A stretch of DNA of 64,000 nt, from positions 2,332-66,331 of the forward strand of contig JAAWKM010000001.1 of assembly GCA_022797375.1 (NCBI GenBank), written 5' to 3'. Origin of the DNA: Lachnospiraceae bacterium. GTDB lineage: Bacteria > Bacillota > Clostridia > Lachnospirales > Lachnospiraceae. Numbering within the stretch: position 1 is the stretch's first letter; the number at the start of each line of letters is the position of its first letter. The translations under genes and the position numbers were made by a program. Under the pieces are notes generated by a model. The model did not search any database. It saw only the letters and a list, made by a program, of their open reading frames with translations, and was not told the DNA's origin. Positions 45,859 to 55,482 of the stretch are shown here, piece by piece.

Positions 45859-47907
45859 ACCGACGTTTTTAATACCAGCAAACAGCCCGGCACCTAAACC
45901 GAGTGTGCCAGCTGAACCTAATACATTTGTAAGTTCTGTAATGCCTTGTACAAAACTGTTTAATAAATTAACACCTGTTTTAAGCCCGTCTGAGGTTATA
46001 ATAGAATTAACAAAACCTGTCCAGCTGTTAGAAAGGGCATTAAGGCTTCCAGTCAAATTTGTAGAACTTTTATTGGCTTCTTCAAGTGCAGACCCTGCAC
46101 CTTCTGAATAATCAGACAGCATTTTATCAAACATTTCCATATTCTCCAGGAGTGCTGTTAATTTTGCTGCCTGGTATTCGTTGCCTGCCACGTTAGTTAA
46201 AATTTCTGCCCTTAAAGGGTTATCTTCGTCAAGTTTGTTAAATGTTACTGCCAAATCCCTTAATATAGCTACAGGGTTTCTTAATTTTTCTGCCCCGTTG
46301 ACAACTTCAGTCATTGAAGCATTTGCTTTTTCTAATGTATCTGGTATTTTATTTGAAGTTATGTTCTGTAAATTAATTAATATGGATTTTATGCTGTTGC
46401 CTGTTTCTGGACCTCCAGATTTAGTAACAGCTTCCATGGTTCCAATCATTGCTGACAAATCTTCAATAGCAACATTATAACTTGAAGCTGCAATACTAGC
46501 TTCATTCATTGCTGTTGCCATATCTTCAAGTGTAATACCGTTTCTGTTACTTATAGAATTTTGTCCATTAAGTACAGCATTAATTTTTTCCGCAGCACCA
46601 TTAAATTTATATGCAGCATTTGTCGCAATTACATATTTATCAGCAATTTCCTGTGACATGTCACCCGCAGACTGTGCAAGTAATGACTGCTCTGCCATTG
46701 CTTCACCTTTTTTGCCATAAAATCCAGACTGTGACATGCTTTTAACACCAGATAAATAATCATTTGCAGTCCTGCCATAACTGCTTGCAGTATTATAAGC
46801 AGACATGCCAAGTTCTCTTAACTCTTCTGCTGTTATGTCTGATGTCTTGCTTATTTCCGTAAGTGTGTTGTCAAGTTCTTTAATTTCAGATATAGCACTC
46901 CTTGTTTTGGAAACAAGCATCATTACAGCAGAATTTACAGAGAACCATGATGCAAGGCTTTTTGCCGCTTGTGACATCTGTTCTTTAAATGGAATTCCAA
47001 GCTTGTTAAGGCTGGGCATTGCATTTTCTGATTTTTTAAAATCATCAGCAATGTTGTTAAACTGGGTTTTTGTCATTTGTGTATTTAAATCACGCAAGCT
47101 GTTAATATATGCCTTGTTATTGGCAATAGTTTCACTAGTTGCAGCGGAATTTTTCTGGTTCCATGCTTCAATTTCGTTTGCCTTATTTAGACGCTGCTGT
47201 GTAGTTGCAAGTCCTTTCACAGCTGCCTGGAGTTTTGCATATTCATTAGAAGACTCTGCAAGTTCTTTTTGTAATTTATCATTTAGTGATATGATTTCCT
47301 GGTAGTCATTTTTATCAAATGGCTGGTTCATTCTTTGTTCCAGGGCTGAAAATGATTTTTCTGTATTTCTTAATTTGGTATTAATTTCATCCTGTGACAG
47401 TCCAAGGCTTCTGAAATTACCAGCCAGTTTTGCAATCTGGGTGGAATAGTCGTTTTTAATCCCACCATTTGTAAGTGATAATATTCTGTCTATTAATTCA
47501 TTTTCATATGTCACTGTTGTATGGTGTAGTCCCTTGGAATTTGTCCATTTGCTTACCAGTTTGTCCATCTCTGCATTAAACTGGCTGGAAGTGGAAGGGT
47601 CTATTTTAAAGTATTTTCCAATTGATTTTGAACTGGCATTGTCTATTGCCTTCTGTGCATTATCAGAAATTATTTTTCCAATCTGTTGTCCAGATTTGGA
47701 GGCCTGTGCCATAGTATTGTTCCCTAAAACAAGGTTTAAATCTATACCCGCTTTTGACAGCTGTTCCTTTAAACTTTTAATTGCCGTCCTGTCTAAATTT
47801 AATTTCTGGATATGTACTGATAAATCATTAATCTTTGACAGTTGCTCCTGTATATCTTTGGCATCAATGACTGCCTGTAATAGTACCTGGAGATCTGAAT
47901 TTTCCAT
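45826..47907 (-). CDS. Tail tape-measure protein, TP901-family core type (693 aa as read through)
   Basis: ...ELRELGMSAYNTASSYGRTANDYLSGVKSMSQSGFYGKKGEAMAEQSLLAQSAGD... core region; C-terminal hydrophobic GTLGLGAGLFAGI. The last 11 codons (45826-45858) lie inside the intron-like RNA. Confidence 0.8.
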   Translation of the reverse strand: MENSDLQVLLQAVIDAKDIQEQLSKINDLSVHIQKLNLDRTAIKSLKEQLSKAGIDLNLVLGNNTMAQASKSGQQIGKIISDNAQKAIDNASSKSIGKYFKIDPSTSSQFNAEMDKLVSKWTNSKGLHHTTVTYENELIDRILSLTNGGIKNDYSTQIAKLAGNFRSLGLSQDEINTKLRNTEKSFSALEQRMNQPFDKNDYQEIISLNDKLQKELAESSNEYAKLQAAVKGLATTQQRLNKANEIEAWNQKNSAATSETIANNKAYINSLRDLNTQMTKTQFNNIADDFKKSENAMPSLNKLGIPFKEQMSQAAKSLASWFSVNSAVMMLVSKTRSAISEIKELDNTLTEISKTSDITAEELRELGMSAYNTASSYGRTANDYLSGVKSMSQSGFYGKKGEAMAEQSLLAQSAGDMSQEIADKYVIATNAAYKFNGAAEKINAVLNGQNSISNRNGITLEDMATAMNEASIAASSYNVAIEDLSAMIGTMEAVTKSGGPETGNSIKSILINLQNITSNKIPDTLEKANASMTEVVNGAEKLRNPVAILRDLAVTFNKLDEDNPLRAEILTNVAGNEYQAAKLTALLENMEMFDKMLSDYSEGAGSALEEANKSSTNLTGSLNALSNSWTGFVNSIITSDGLKTGVNLLNSFVQGITELTNVLGSAGTLGLGAGLFAGIKNVGRDKMFSLLFI

Positions 47908-47937
47908 TAGTTAAAGCCCCTTTCATATAATTAATTC

Positions 47938-47970
47938 TAAATAAAAACAACCCCCTGGAAGGAGTTGTTT
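47938..47970 (-). terminator. Intrinsic terminator-like hairpin between the 113-aa gene and the tape-measure gene
   Basis: aaacaacccc/ggagttgttt (9 of 10 bp), 6-nt loop, T-rich run on the minus strand. Confidence 0.45.
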
Positions 47971-48100
47971 CTGGTATAATATTGCATAGTAATATTTATA
48001 AGGATGTGTTTATAAAAATATTTTCTTCTATTAATTTGTGTATTTACCTGGTTTTTAATCCATATTTTCCAGAATTGTATGGATTTTAATTATTTAAAGC

Positions 48101-48442
48101 TTACATATCCACTGTATCCAGTGTTTCCACCTGTGCTTTTACAACAATTTTCTTTAAATCCTTAATATCAAGCGTAAATATATACTGTATAATTTCAAAA
48201 ATCCTTGTTTCATCTGTTTCAAGTTTGTCTGCAAGTTCATGGACAATAGCAGAAACAAGTTCCTGCCCTTCAAGTTTCCCACATTCATGTGTGACATGTG
48301 ATATAAAATTTACGTAACTTAATGCCTCTGATGTAGTTTTTGTAAACAGTGGGAGAGTATTAGCGGCAATCTGCACCAGTTCCCTTTTAGCTGTTTTCAT
48401 ATTTTTCCTGTATATGAAATATTTTTTAATTTTTCCAAACAT
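48101..48442 (-). CDS. Hypothetical phage protein (tail assembly chaperone position)
   Basis: 113 aa, SD aaggag, immediately upstream of the tape-measure gene. Confidence 0.5.
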   Translation of the reverse strand: MFGKIKKYFIYRKNMKTAKRELVQIAANTLPLFTKTTSEALSYVNFISHVTHECGKLEGQELVSAIVHELADKLETDETRIFEIIQYIFTLDIKDLKKIVVKAQVETLDTVDM

Positions 48443-48717
48443 AAAAATTCTCCTTATTTTATAGTGAAGTTCCAGCAGTAACCATCTGTTTCCATTTTAA
48501 AAAAGTTGCTGTATGGGTCATGTTTTACATGATTAACTTGCTTTTATATCTTCTTTAAAAATTTTCCCTGCATTTTTTGGCATATTGTATTGTTTCCTTC
48601 CCATTCAAGTAGTCCTTGGCCAGTTATATTGCTTTCTATTATATCATTAGTTTATTAAAGTTAAGTCCAGAGTCCTGTACAGTTTTTCAAAATCTTTTTT
48701 ATGGCTGTTTACCAGTG

Positions 48718-49071
48718 TTACACTGACTCCTTTGTGTAAATAATCCTTATAGGTATACTGTCATTGCCAGATATACCAACAGATACTGGTGCATTAATCC
48801 CATATAAACCACTGAAGGATTCACCTGCTTTTAATATGAATGCTGGTGAATCCCCTATATACAGGCTGGCATCTTCATCACCGTCATTGGAAATTAACAT
48901 TAAATCACATATTTTTCCGTTTATCTGGTATGGGCTGTTTTCAGGGGATAAATCCAGTGGGAGAGTAACAGCAGTTTTTTCTTTCTCTGAACCATTAACA
49001 CTTGCAATTTTTTGCAGCTCGTTGTCTGCTGTCTGTATGTTTACTGAAATAGCTGGCACCTCCTTTATCAA
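48718..49071 (-). CDS. Hypothetical phage protein
   Basis: 117-aa ORF. The only upstream start is a TTG without an SD. An aaggagg lies inside the first codons, so the true start is uncertain. Confidence 0.4.
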   Translation of the reverse strand: MIKEVPAISVNIQTADNELQKIASVNGSEKEKTAVTLPLDLSPENSPYQINGKICDLMLISNDGDEDASLYIGDSPAFILKAGESFSGLYGINAPVSVGISGNDSIPIRIIYTKESV

Positions 49072-49085
49072 AGAAATATATTATG

Positions 49086-52000
49086 TTATGCAGCATTTAA
49101 AAGTTTATTTAATTTAGCTTCCATATCAGAAAAACGGGCTTCAAGTTCCTGTATTTTCTTTTCCTGTGCTTTCTGGATATTTTCCAGTTCTTCATTTTTC
49201 TTATAAAGTATCTGGCAGTATCTTGTTAAATCAGAAATAAACTCTTCATAGCGCAAACCATAAGTGTATTCACCATGTATTTCTTCATGTACCATTTTTG
49301 TCCTGGTCTGTGTATTCCCATTTTCATCTGTGTATTCTTCTTCAATCTGTACTTCTTTGGTTTTTGGTGATTTTATAAAACCAGCATGGTCTTTTATATT
49401 AAGTTCTTTTAAAAGTTTTTCTACATCTTGTGCAATAAAGCCGTGGTGCGGTCTGCCGCTTTCACCGTTAATCCGTTTGAAAATACATGCCAGAAGCCCA
49501 TTTATAAATTTAGTAAGGGTTTCATCAGACATATATGTATCGTAGCCACTTTCATGACCAAGATATGAAATCTCTTTTTTTTCACTACGGTCGGAAGTTG
49601 AAATACTTCCGTTCGTTGCATAAAACTGCTTCCATCTGTCATTTGCAGTGCCTATTGTTCCCTTATTATTTCCATATGGTGATATAGCGACATTGTCTGT
49701 AGTTTCCATAAATTGAATTTGACATCTCGTGATATTATTAAATTTAAAGAATATATAACTGCTGCCAAATTCAAATGACAATCTCTCACCACCTGAATAA
49801 GTACCAGATGAGTATACATGTGTTACATATAAACTATTGAACCCATAACCTGCCTTTCCTAATGATTGCAAACCATTAGTAGTTGGTCTGAAACGGGCCC
49901 CGGAACTATTTAAACTTTCAAAAATAAAATAGCCTCCAGTATGTCCTACCGTTACAGTTGAACTGGCATTAATTTCAACTCCCTTGCTTGCATATATATT
50001 GAGATGGTCATCTGTATCCTCATAAAAATGTACATAATCACCATCACCAAAATTTAATTTCATGCCATAATTGCCACTGTTTTTTAACCTTAAATTTCCA
50101 TTGACTGTAACATTAGTGGCAGTAAGTGTTGTAAGTGCAGAAGAACCTCCTGCTGAAAAACTGTTTGCTGATACTGTGCCTGGAAAACTGCTGTTGCCAC
50201 TTTCATTTAATAATGTTAAATCCTTGTCAATCCCGTTAGTGTTAGAGTTAATCTTAGTGTTTGTAATATAATAAAGATGAATGGCACCCTGGTAATATCC
50301 AATACAGAATACACCATTATTGCTGTTCATCTTAGCAAGTATATTGTAGCCACTTGCAGCTGCTGTTGAATTAATTATGACATTTGTGCCTTTTGCACCA
50401 TTCAGGTGGGTTGAAGTAGTTATAGCTGTTGCAATGCTTCCAGTTAAATCAAGGGCTACGGCATATATCCTGTCAATATAGGCATTTGCAAAATACCAGC
50501 TGCTAGTTCCCAGGGCACTGTGCCCGCTTCCTCTGGTTCCGCTCTGGTATGGGATTAGGCCAGCAAGTGTAGTCCTTACCCAGTCACCACTGCCTGTTGC
50601 ACCATTAACACTCATTCCCCAGTAACTATTTGCAAAAACTTGCGCCATAAAAACATTTTTATTTACAGACTGTAAAGTATATCCGTTCCATACAGCCAAA
50701 TATGTAAAACCACTATAGGCTAATGCTGCCGTACTGTAATTGAAAGCTATGGTATTACCATTTCCAGCATCTCGCATTCTCTCACTTATGTAAATTCTGC
50801 CTCCAAATGGTACAGTTGTCCCTCCTGGATTAGATGTTACCTGGGTATTAGGGAATGTTATTGTAATATATGGATTATAAGTATTACTAACAAATTTAAC
50901 ATCTATTCTCCCATATGCTTCGTTTTTCTGCATATAGAAATCCCATGTAGATGTTGCAGATTTTACATAGGTTATTCCGTTATCATTATAACCACCATAT
51001 CTAAAACAACTGCTCATTCCTGGGTCGGTTCCATTTACAGATTGAAAACAGATATTTAAAAATATGTTATCCCATTGACGGCCGCCAATTATTACAAAAA
51101 CTGGATAATTCACATAAGTGCCTGTAATTTTAATGGTCATAAACTTAACCCATCCAGCAGTACCATTAGTGCCAGGTTCTAAAGCTGCATAGTAATGTCC
51201 TTTATTTATAATAGCTCCAGAAGTTACTTCTATACCATTTGTTAAAGTAGCTTTTGCTGCTAAAATATTAGCATAATTTGTACTGTTACTTACAGCCGCA
51301 CCTCTGGCAAAAATATATTGCTCTATAGGAGTAGCAGCTACGCCATCAGTCTTGCCATCACGGTAATTAAACCACGCATTACCTTGTGTATTTCCATTTC
51401 CTGGAATGATAAAGTTATATTCGTTCATATGTTCTGGATTTCGTGGCATAGTATAAGAAGTAAAATTTTTTTCATCTAAGATTACTCTTTCTCCATACCA
51501 TTCGCCATTAATCATTTTATTCCAGATTAAGTCTTTAGCTTTATCATTTTCACCAGCTGGCACAGCTAGCATTCTTGTATATATGTATAATCCATATTTA
51601 TCTCCGTCAGCAGTTCCATATGCTGGATTACCATTTTTGTGTTTTAAAACTAAGATGTTAATCCATTTTTCCCACGAGTTGGTTGCATAATCCAAGTTTG
51701 CTGTATATAAACCCCCACGTGTTTTTTTAAACCAATCCTTAAAATCCAATATAGATGATATAGTTCCAGAAGCAGGAAGACCCATAATACCGCCAGTTTG
51801 TGCAGTTTCTGGCATTAAAGCTTCTTGTAAAAAGCTTGATAGATTATGTTCTGTTACAAATTCTATCCAATCAGAAAATGTACCATCCTGGTTTGCGGCT
51901 CTCATATAAGCCGTAATGGGCATGCCATTTCCAAGACATAACTGTGCTCCCATTGTACCATTATCCCAGCCAGTATTAATTATAAAGCCATCTTTTTCAG

Positions 52001-52529
52001 GCCTGCCTTCTGTCATTGAAACTGTAGCTAACATATAGGTTATTCTATTCTGGTATTGTATTTTAGAAAAATCAATATTACAGGATGCAGGTCTTTCCTT
52101 GAAATTGTTAATTATGCCCAGGCTGTTATCAGATGTCCCATGCAATGGCAATGCGCCTACATCTTCATATGTAAGGGCTTCTAATGCTTTTGTAACTGCC
52201 TGGTTTTCCACAAGGTTAGGGCTGGTGGAAGAGAGTTCTTTGTCTATTGTTATATTGCAGTAGTCATTATCATCTGTGATATATACAATAGTACCAGGGC
52301 TGATTTCTCCCTTTATATTTTTTTCTTCATATTCTTTTTGTGTACCTATAAAAATATTTTCTGTATAATCCAGGTCATTCCAGTGTGAAACACCATCACC
52401 TATTTTATATTTCCCATATTTGTCTTTGGTATAGGCTAACTGCCCTGCCAGAAGGACAGGGTTGTTGGCTTTGTAATTTTCTTCTGTGTCATAACACTGT
52501 TTGATTTTCACATTAATCTTGTTTTCCAT
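49086..52529 (-). CDS. Tail fibre protein with C-terminal S74-type intramolecular chaperone domain
   Basis: N-terminal ...NPVLLAGQLAYTKDKYGKYKIGDGVSHWNDLDY fibre motif; C-terminal SDRSEKKEI...HGFIAQDVEKLL...YGLRYEEFI plus a coiled coil. Confidence 0.8.
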   Translation of the reverse strand: MENKINVKIKQCYDTEENYKANNPVLLAGQLAYTKDKYGKYKIGDGVSHWNDLDYTENIFIGTQKEYEEKNIKGEISPGTIVYITDDNDYCNITIDKELSSTSPNLVENQAVTKALEALTYEDVGALPLHGTSDNSLGIINNFKERPASCNIDFSKIQYQNRITYMLATVSMTEGRPEKDGFIINTGWDNGTMGAQLCLGNGMPITAYMRAANQDGTFSDWIEFVTEHNLSSFLQEALMPETAQTGGIMGLPASGTISSILDFKDWFKKTRGGLYTANLDYATNSWEKWINILVLKHKNGNPAYGTADGDKYGLYIYTRMLAVPAGENDKAKDLIWNKMINGEWYGERVILDEKNFTSYTMPRNPEHMNEYNFIIPGNGNTQGNAWFNYRDGKTDGVAATPIEQYIFARGAAVSNSTNYANILAAKATLTNGIEVTSGAIINKGHYYAALEPGTNGTAGWVKFMTIKITGTYVNYPVFVIIGGRQWDNIFLNICFQSVNGTDPGMSSCFRYGGYNDNGITYVKSATSTWDFYMQKNEAYGRIDVKFVSNTYNPYITITFPNTQVTSNPGGTTVPFGGRIYISERMRDAGNGNTIAFNYSTAALAYSGFTYLAVWNGYTLQSVNKNVFMAQVFANSYWGMSVNGATGSGDWVRTTLAGLIPYQSGTRGSGHSALGTSSWYFANAYIDRIYAVALDLTGSIATAITTSTHLNGAKGTNVIINSTAAASGYNILAKMNSNNGVFCIGYYQGAIHLYYITNTKINSNTNGIDKDLTLLNESGNSSFPGTVSANSFSAGGSSALTTLTATNVTVNGNLRLKNSGNYGMKLNFGDGDYVHFYEDTDDHLNIYASKGVEINASSTVTVGHTGGYFIFESLNSSGARFRPTTNGLQSLGKAGYGFNSLYVTHVYSSGTYSGGERLSFEFGSSYIFFKFNNITRCQIQFMETTDNVAISPYGNNKGTIGTANDRWKQFYATNGSISTSDRSEKKEISYLGHESGYDTYMSDETLTKFINGLLACIFKRINGESGRPHHGFIAQDVEKLLKELNIKDHAGFIKSPKTKEVQIEEEYTDENGNTQTRTKMVHEEIHGEYTYGLRYEEFISDLTRYCQILYKKNEELENIQKAQEKKIQELEARFSDMEAKLNKLLNAA

Positions 52530-52596
52530 TTTCCCGTTTTACCTCCATTCTGGCAAACAGCAGCCTTCTGTATAAAGCAATGTTTTTATGTGGTTA

Positions 52597-53556
52597 TTAG
52601 ACAGATGAACCTCCGTCAAGTATAAGGGTACAGTCTGGGTCATCTGTAAGTTTTGAAGTTTTTAAACGAACTACAGAAGCAGATATTTTATGGTTTTCAC
52701 TTATCATTATCTGGATTTCCTCTGCCCCAGCTTCAGGTTCATAATCATTTACAAGTGTTCTGACATCAAGATATAAAACGGTATTGTCTGAATTTGCAAT
52801 GGTAAGGGCAATATAGGTTGAAGGTACAGATACATCTGTGCCATCATATGTACCAGCATCAATATCTTCCTGTGTAATTTTAAGCAGTTCTGCTTTTGAA
52901 ACCACCATATCTTTTAGAAGTGAAATTGTTCCAAGCAGCCTGTCCGGGACTTCTGTTTCTGTAATGTTGCCGTTACCATCATCTTTTTTCTCAGTTTTTG
53001 TTCCCTGATAGAATTTATATTGTTTTGCATAACCTGCATCAGATGTATCTTCAACTATGGTAAGTTTACCTGCATTTGAAACGTCTGTAACCCTGTCAGC
53101 CAGTTCTTTATCACTTAGTGTAATTACATCATTAACGGCTTCTACTTTTATAGAACCTGCACCTTTTACAGAAATGAAATCTGTAGAACTTCCAGATTTA
53201 TTGCCAATTTGTATTTTTGCATATGCATCTTGTGCTAGTGTGCTATTTGCTTCATCATCTGGTACGGCAGGGACAGGGATTGCAGAAATGTTATATTCAC
53301 CATTTTCAATTAACTGTTCTGTTTCTTCTGGTGTGAGGGCTGCAGGTCTTAAATCTTTTAGCTGTGAAACACCATCGCCAAAATATATTTTCTGCTGTGG
53401 GATAGTGGAAGCTATACCATCATCATTAGTAAGAGCCTTTGTATAATAATCAATGTATGCTTCACCTTTTAACAGGACAAGAGTGGAAATTTCCCTGTTT
53501 GTGGTGATGTCATTCCTTAACAGTATTCTTGTTTTTAGTGTATTTGTATCTGCCAT
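52597..53556 (-). CDS. Tail fibre-associated protein sharing the N-terminal fibre motif
   Basis: RILLRNDITTNREISTLVLLKGEAYID...KIYFGDGVSQLKDL resembles the N-terminus of the 1147-aa fibre. Confidence 0.5.
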   Translation of the reverse strand: MADTNTLKTRILLRNDITTNREISTLVLLKGEAYIDYYTKALTNDDGIASTIPQQKIYFGDGVSQLKDLRPAALTPEETEQLIENGEYNISAIPVPAVPDDEANSTLAQDAYAKIQIGNKSGSSTDFISVKGAGSIKVEAVNDVITLSDKELADRVTDVSNAGKLTIVEDTSDAGYAKQYKFYQGTKTEKKDDGNGNITETEVPDRLLGTISLLKDMVVSKAELLKITQEDIDAGTYDGTDVSVPSTYIALTIANSDNTVLYLDVRTLVNDYEPEAGAEEIQIMISENHKISASVVRLKTSKLTDDPDCTLILDGGSSV

Positions 53557-53580
53557 TTAGTTCTCCTTTAATAAAAAATT

Positions 53581-54285
53581 TTATTTACTTTTGTTTAGCT
53601 GTTTTATCATTTTTATTCCAACAACCTTACCACTTTGATTATCAAAATTATTATTTTTCTTATATTTTGCAACGGCAGCCATAGTTTTCTGCCCATATAT
53701 GCCATCAGCAGCAACCTCTAACTTTTTCTGTACCCACCTTATATATTTTTCTTTTGATTCTGGTGTTACTTTTGCCAGTGGTTTAGAAGAAGGAGAAAGT
53801 TCCTGTTTAAATTTTTTCCATAGTGTTTCATCTGGCGGAAGCCAGCCTTTCCAGCCAGGGCATTGTTTATGGCAGACATCATAATGCCTTAATATATTGC
53901 TTTCAGGTATATTGTATTTTTTCATAAGTTTTTTTACAAGCGCAACAGTCTGGTTAAATGTTTTTTCCGTAATTTCTCCGTTTACTGAGCACATTTCAAT
54001 GCCAATTGAATTTTTATTTGTTACTATGCCCCAGTATTCTGCCTTTCCGCTGCTGTAATCTTTCCCACAGTGCCATGCATATGCTTTCTGTGGGTTTACA
54101 CACATATAAATACCATCATTACCAGAAAAATAATCAGCAGATGCACCACGGTTTACAGATTTAAAATAATCTGTGTTTGCTTTGGCAGTATCAGTATGGT
54201 TGCCAGTATAATGTAAAAGTATATAAAACTTCTTATACTTTCCCAGGGTACGGTTTATTGTTGTTAAATTTTTATGTATTGCCAT
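53581..54285 (-). CDS. Endolysin: N-acetylmuramoyl-L-alanine amidase (Amidase_2/PGRP) with a PG_binding_1 domain
   Basis: ILLHYTGN...; ...IGIEMC...; ...ILRHYDVCHKQCPG; C-terminal IRWVQKKLEVAADGIYGQKTMAAVAKYKK. Confidence 0.85.
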   Translation of the reverse strand: MAIHKNLTTINRTLGKYKKFYILLHYTGNHTDTAKANTDYFKSVNRGASADYFSGNDGIYMCVNPQKAYAWHCGKDYSSGKAEYWGIVTNKNSIGIEMCSVNGEITEKTFNQTVALVKKLMKKYNIPESNILRHYDVCHKQCPGWKGWLPPDETLWKKFKQELSPSSKPLAKVTPESKEKYIRWVQKKLEVAADGIYGQKTMAAVAKYKKNNNFDNQSGKVVGIKMIKQLNKSK

Positions 54286-54301
54286 AATTCCACACCTGCT
54301 T

Positions 54302-54829
54302 TCATTTAATTTCTTTCAGTTCCCTCATAACTGGTTCAACAATGGTATGGATATACCCATCACCGCCACGTTTTTCATAATCCCCAAATAAATCCCAGAA
54401 AGCATCTTTTTCAAGTTCTGTCCAGCCACCAGAATTTTTATATCTGTTGTAATATCTTATTAAGCTGCCTTTTAATTCTTTAAGTTTTGTTTCATTTTCT
54501 TTTTCCTGCATATACTCTAAAGTTTTTGCAATGTTGTTTACGGTTTCTGTAAGGTTTGCCAGGTCGTTTTTAATTATTTCATCATGTCTTATTGACTGGT
54601 GTACATCTTCTGTGTGTGTTTTCTGTAATTCTTCAAGATGCTGTACTGTTTTAACAAGCAGTAGGTGTTCCTTTTTTTTCTTTCTTGCCCATTTTGTTTC
54701 AATGCCGAGTTTCTCAATTAAAAGCCATTCAAGAAGGCTTGTAACAGATTTTACACCAGAAAGTATGATACATATGCTTATTACCAGTGCTGCATAATCT
54801 ATTTTAAGTGCTTCTGTAACTGCTTCCAT
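54302..54829 (-). CDS. Membrane-anchored coiled-coil protein in the lysis cassette, hypothetical
   Basis: Start at MEAVTEAL after aagagga; one TM helix (YAALVISICIILSGV) followed by a charged helical region. Confidence 0.5.
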   Translation of the reverse strand: MEAVTEALKIDYAALVISICIILSGVKSVTSLLEWLLIEKLGIETKWARKKKKEHLLLVKTVQHLEELQKTHTEDVHQSIRHDEIIKNDLANLTETVNNIAKTLEYMQEKENETKLKELKGSLIRYYNRYKNSGGWTELEKDAFWDLFGDYEKRGGDGYIHTIVEPVMRELKEIK

Positions 54830-54848
54830 ACATATGACACCATCCTCT

Positions 54849-55121
54849 TTATTTTTTAGGTTCTGTATATGAAAGTGCATTGTAACTGTCACTTATGCCT
54901 GCTGTAGTAGGGTCATTAACTGCATTCCATAAACTTATGACAGCCAGCCCGGACACATATGGATTACTGGCAGCATTAATAATAATTCCACCTAACATTT
55001 TCCAGCTTGTAATGTCTTGCATTGTAAGCCCTGCATATGCAAGGACTGGCGCAAGGATTGCTAAAATTACCTGTATAATAAATACAGGGTTTTTAAACCT
55101 GACTTTTAAATTTAATTTCAT
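54849..55121 (-). CDS. Holin (phi LC3 / holin_4_1 family)
   Basis: MKLNLKVRFKNPVFIIQVILAILAPVLAYAGL...DITSW...NPYV...WNAVNDPTTAGISDS, a family-typical sequence. Confidence 0.85.
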   Translation of the reverse strand: MKLNLKVRFKNPVFIIQVILAILAPVLAYAGLTMQDITSWKMLGGIIINAASNPYVSGLAVISLWNAVNDPTTAGISDSYNALSYTEPKK

Positions 55122-55134
55122 AAAATTCCCCCTG

Positions 55135-55320
55135 TTACTTATAGAATTTACAGTCTTTATTCTGGCTGTCATTCGCTACATATTTTTCTTTATCAGGGCA
55201 GTAGTGCTGGAAACAGCAGAGCTGCCCTGTTTCATCTGTACTTTCACTGGCACGCAGTTTACAAAGGAGCATGGTTTTCCCACTGCGTTTTACAAATTTT
55301 TCATAACAGTTGCCACACAT
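55135..55320 (-). CDS. Small Cys-rich protein, hypothetical
   Basis: 61 aa, 7 Cys (CGNC...LLC...CCFQHYC...C); SD gagg; start overlaps the upstream stop (TAATG). Confidence 0.45.
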   Translation of the reverse strand: MCGNCYEKFVKRSGKTMLLCKLRASESTDETGQLCCFQHYCPDKEKYVANDSQNKDCKFYK

Positions 55321-55424
55321 TATACTGCCTCATGTACTTGGCGTTTAAAACCAGGTTTTCCTGTATTTTTTGTTTCTTTGGAATGCTTTATTTCTTTCGC
55401 ATCCAGGTTTTCTTTTTTTGCCAT
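55320..55424 (-). CDS. Very small (34-aa) basic ORF, hypothetical
   Basis: Below the ORF-track cut-off. ggaggtaataATG at 55424; MAKKENLDAKEIKHSKETKNTGKPGFKRQVHEAV; coupled to the next gene. Confidence 0.3.
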   Translation of the reverse strand: MAKKENLDAKEIKHSKETKNTGKPGFKRQVHEAV

Positions 55425-55482
55425 TATTACCTCCAGTTAAAGAGGGAATGGCATCTGGTATACCATTCCCTGCATATTAATT

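Noticed and set aside
45380-45864. Group II intron, retron msr/msd or another RT-associated RNA
   Set aside because: The gene-proximal end has no GUGYG. My attempt to fold a domain V around aagccgatatggcgtgaatacgcacc failed, giving no 34-nt hairpin with a 2-nt bulge. No reverse transcriptase (YADD) ORF occurs anywhere in the window.
45526-45897. 123-aa plus-strand ORF across the GC-normal block
   Set aside because: The translation is not protein-like and has no SD. The region is better explained as a structured RNA on the minus strand.
49086-53556. Diversity-generating retroelement acting on the fibre genes (Mtd-like N-terminal motif)
   Set aside because: No reverse transcriptase gene is present. 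I saw no template/variable repeat pair differing at adenines.
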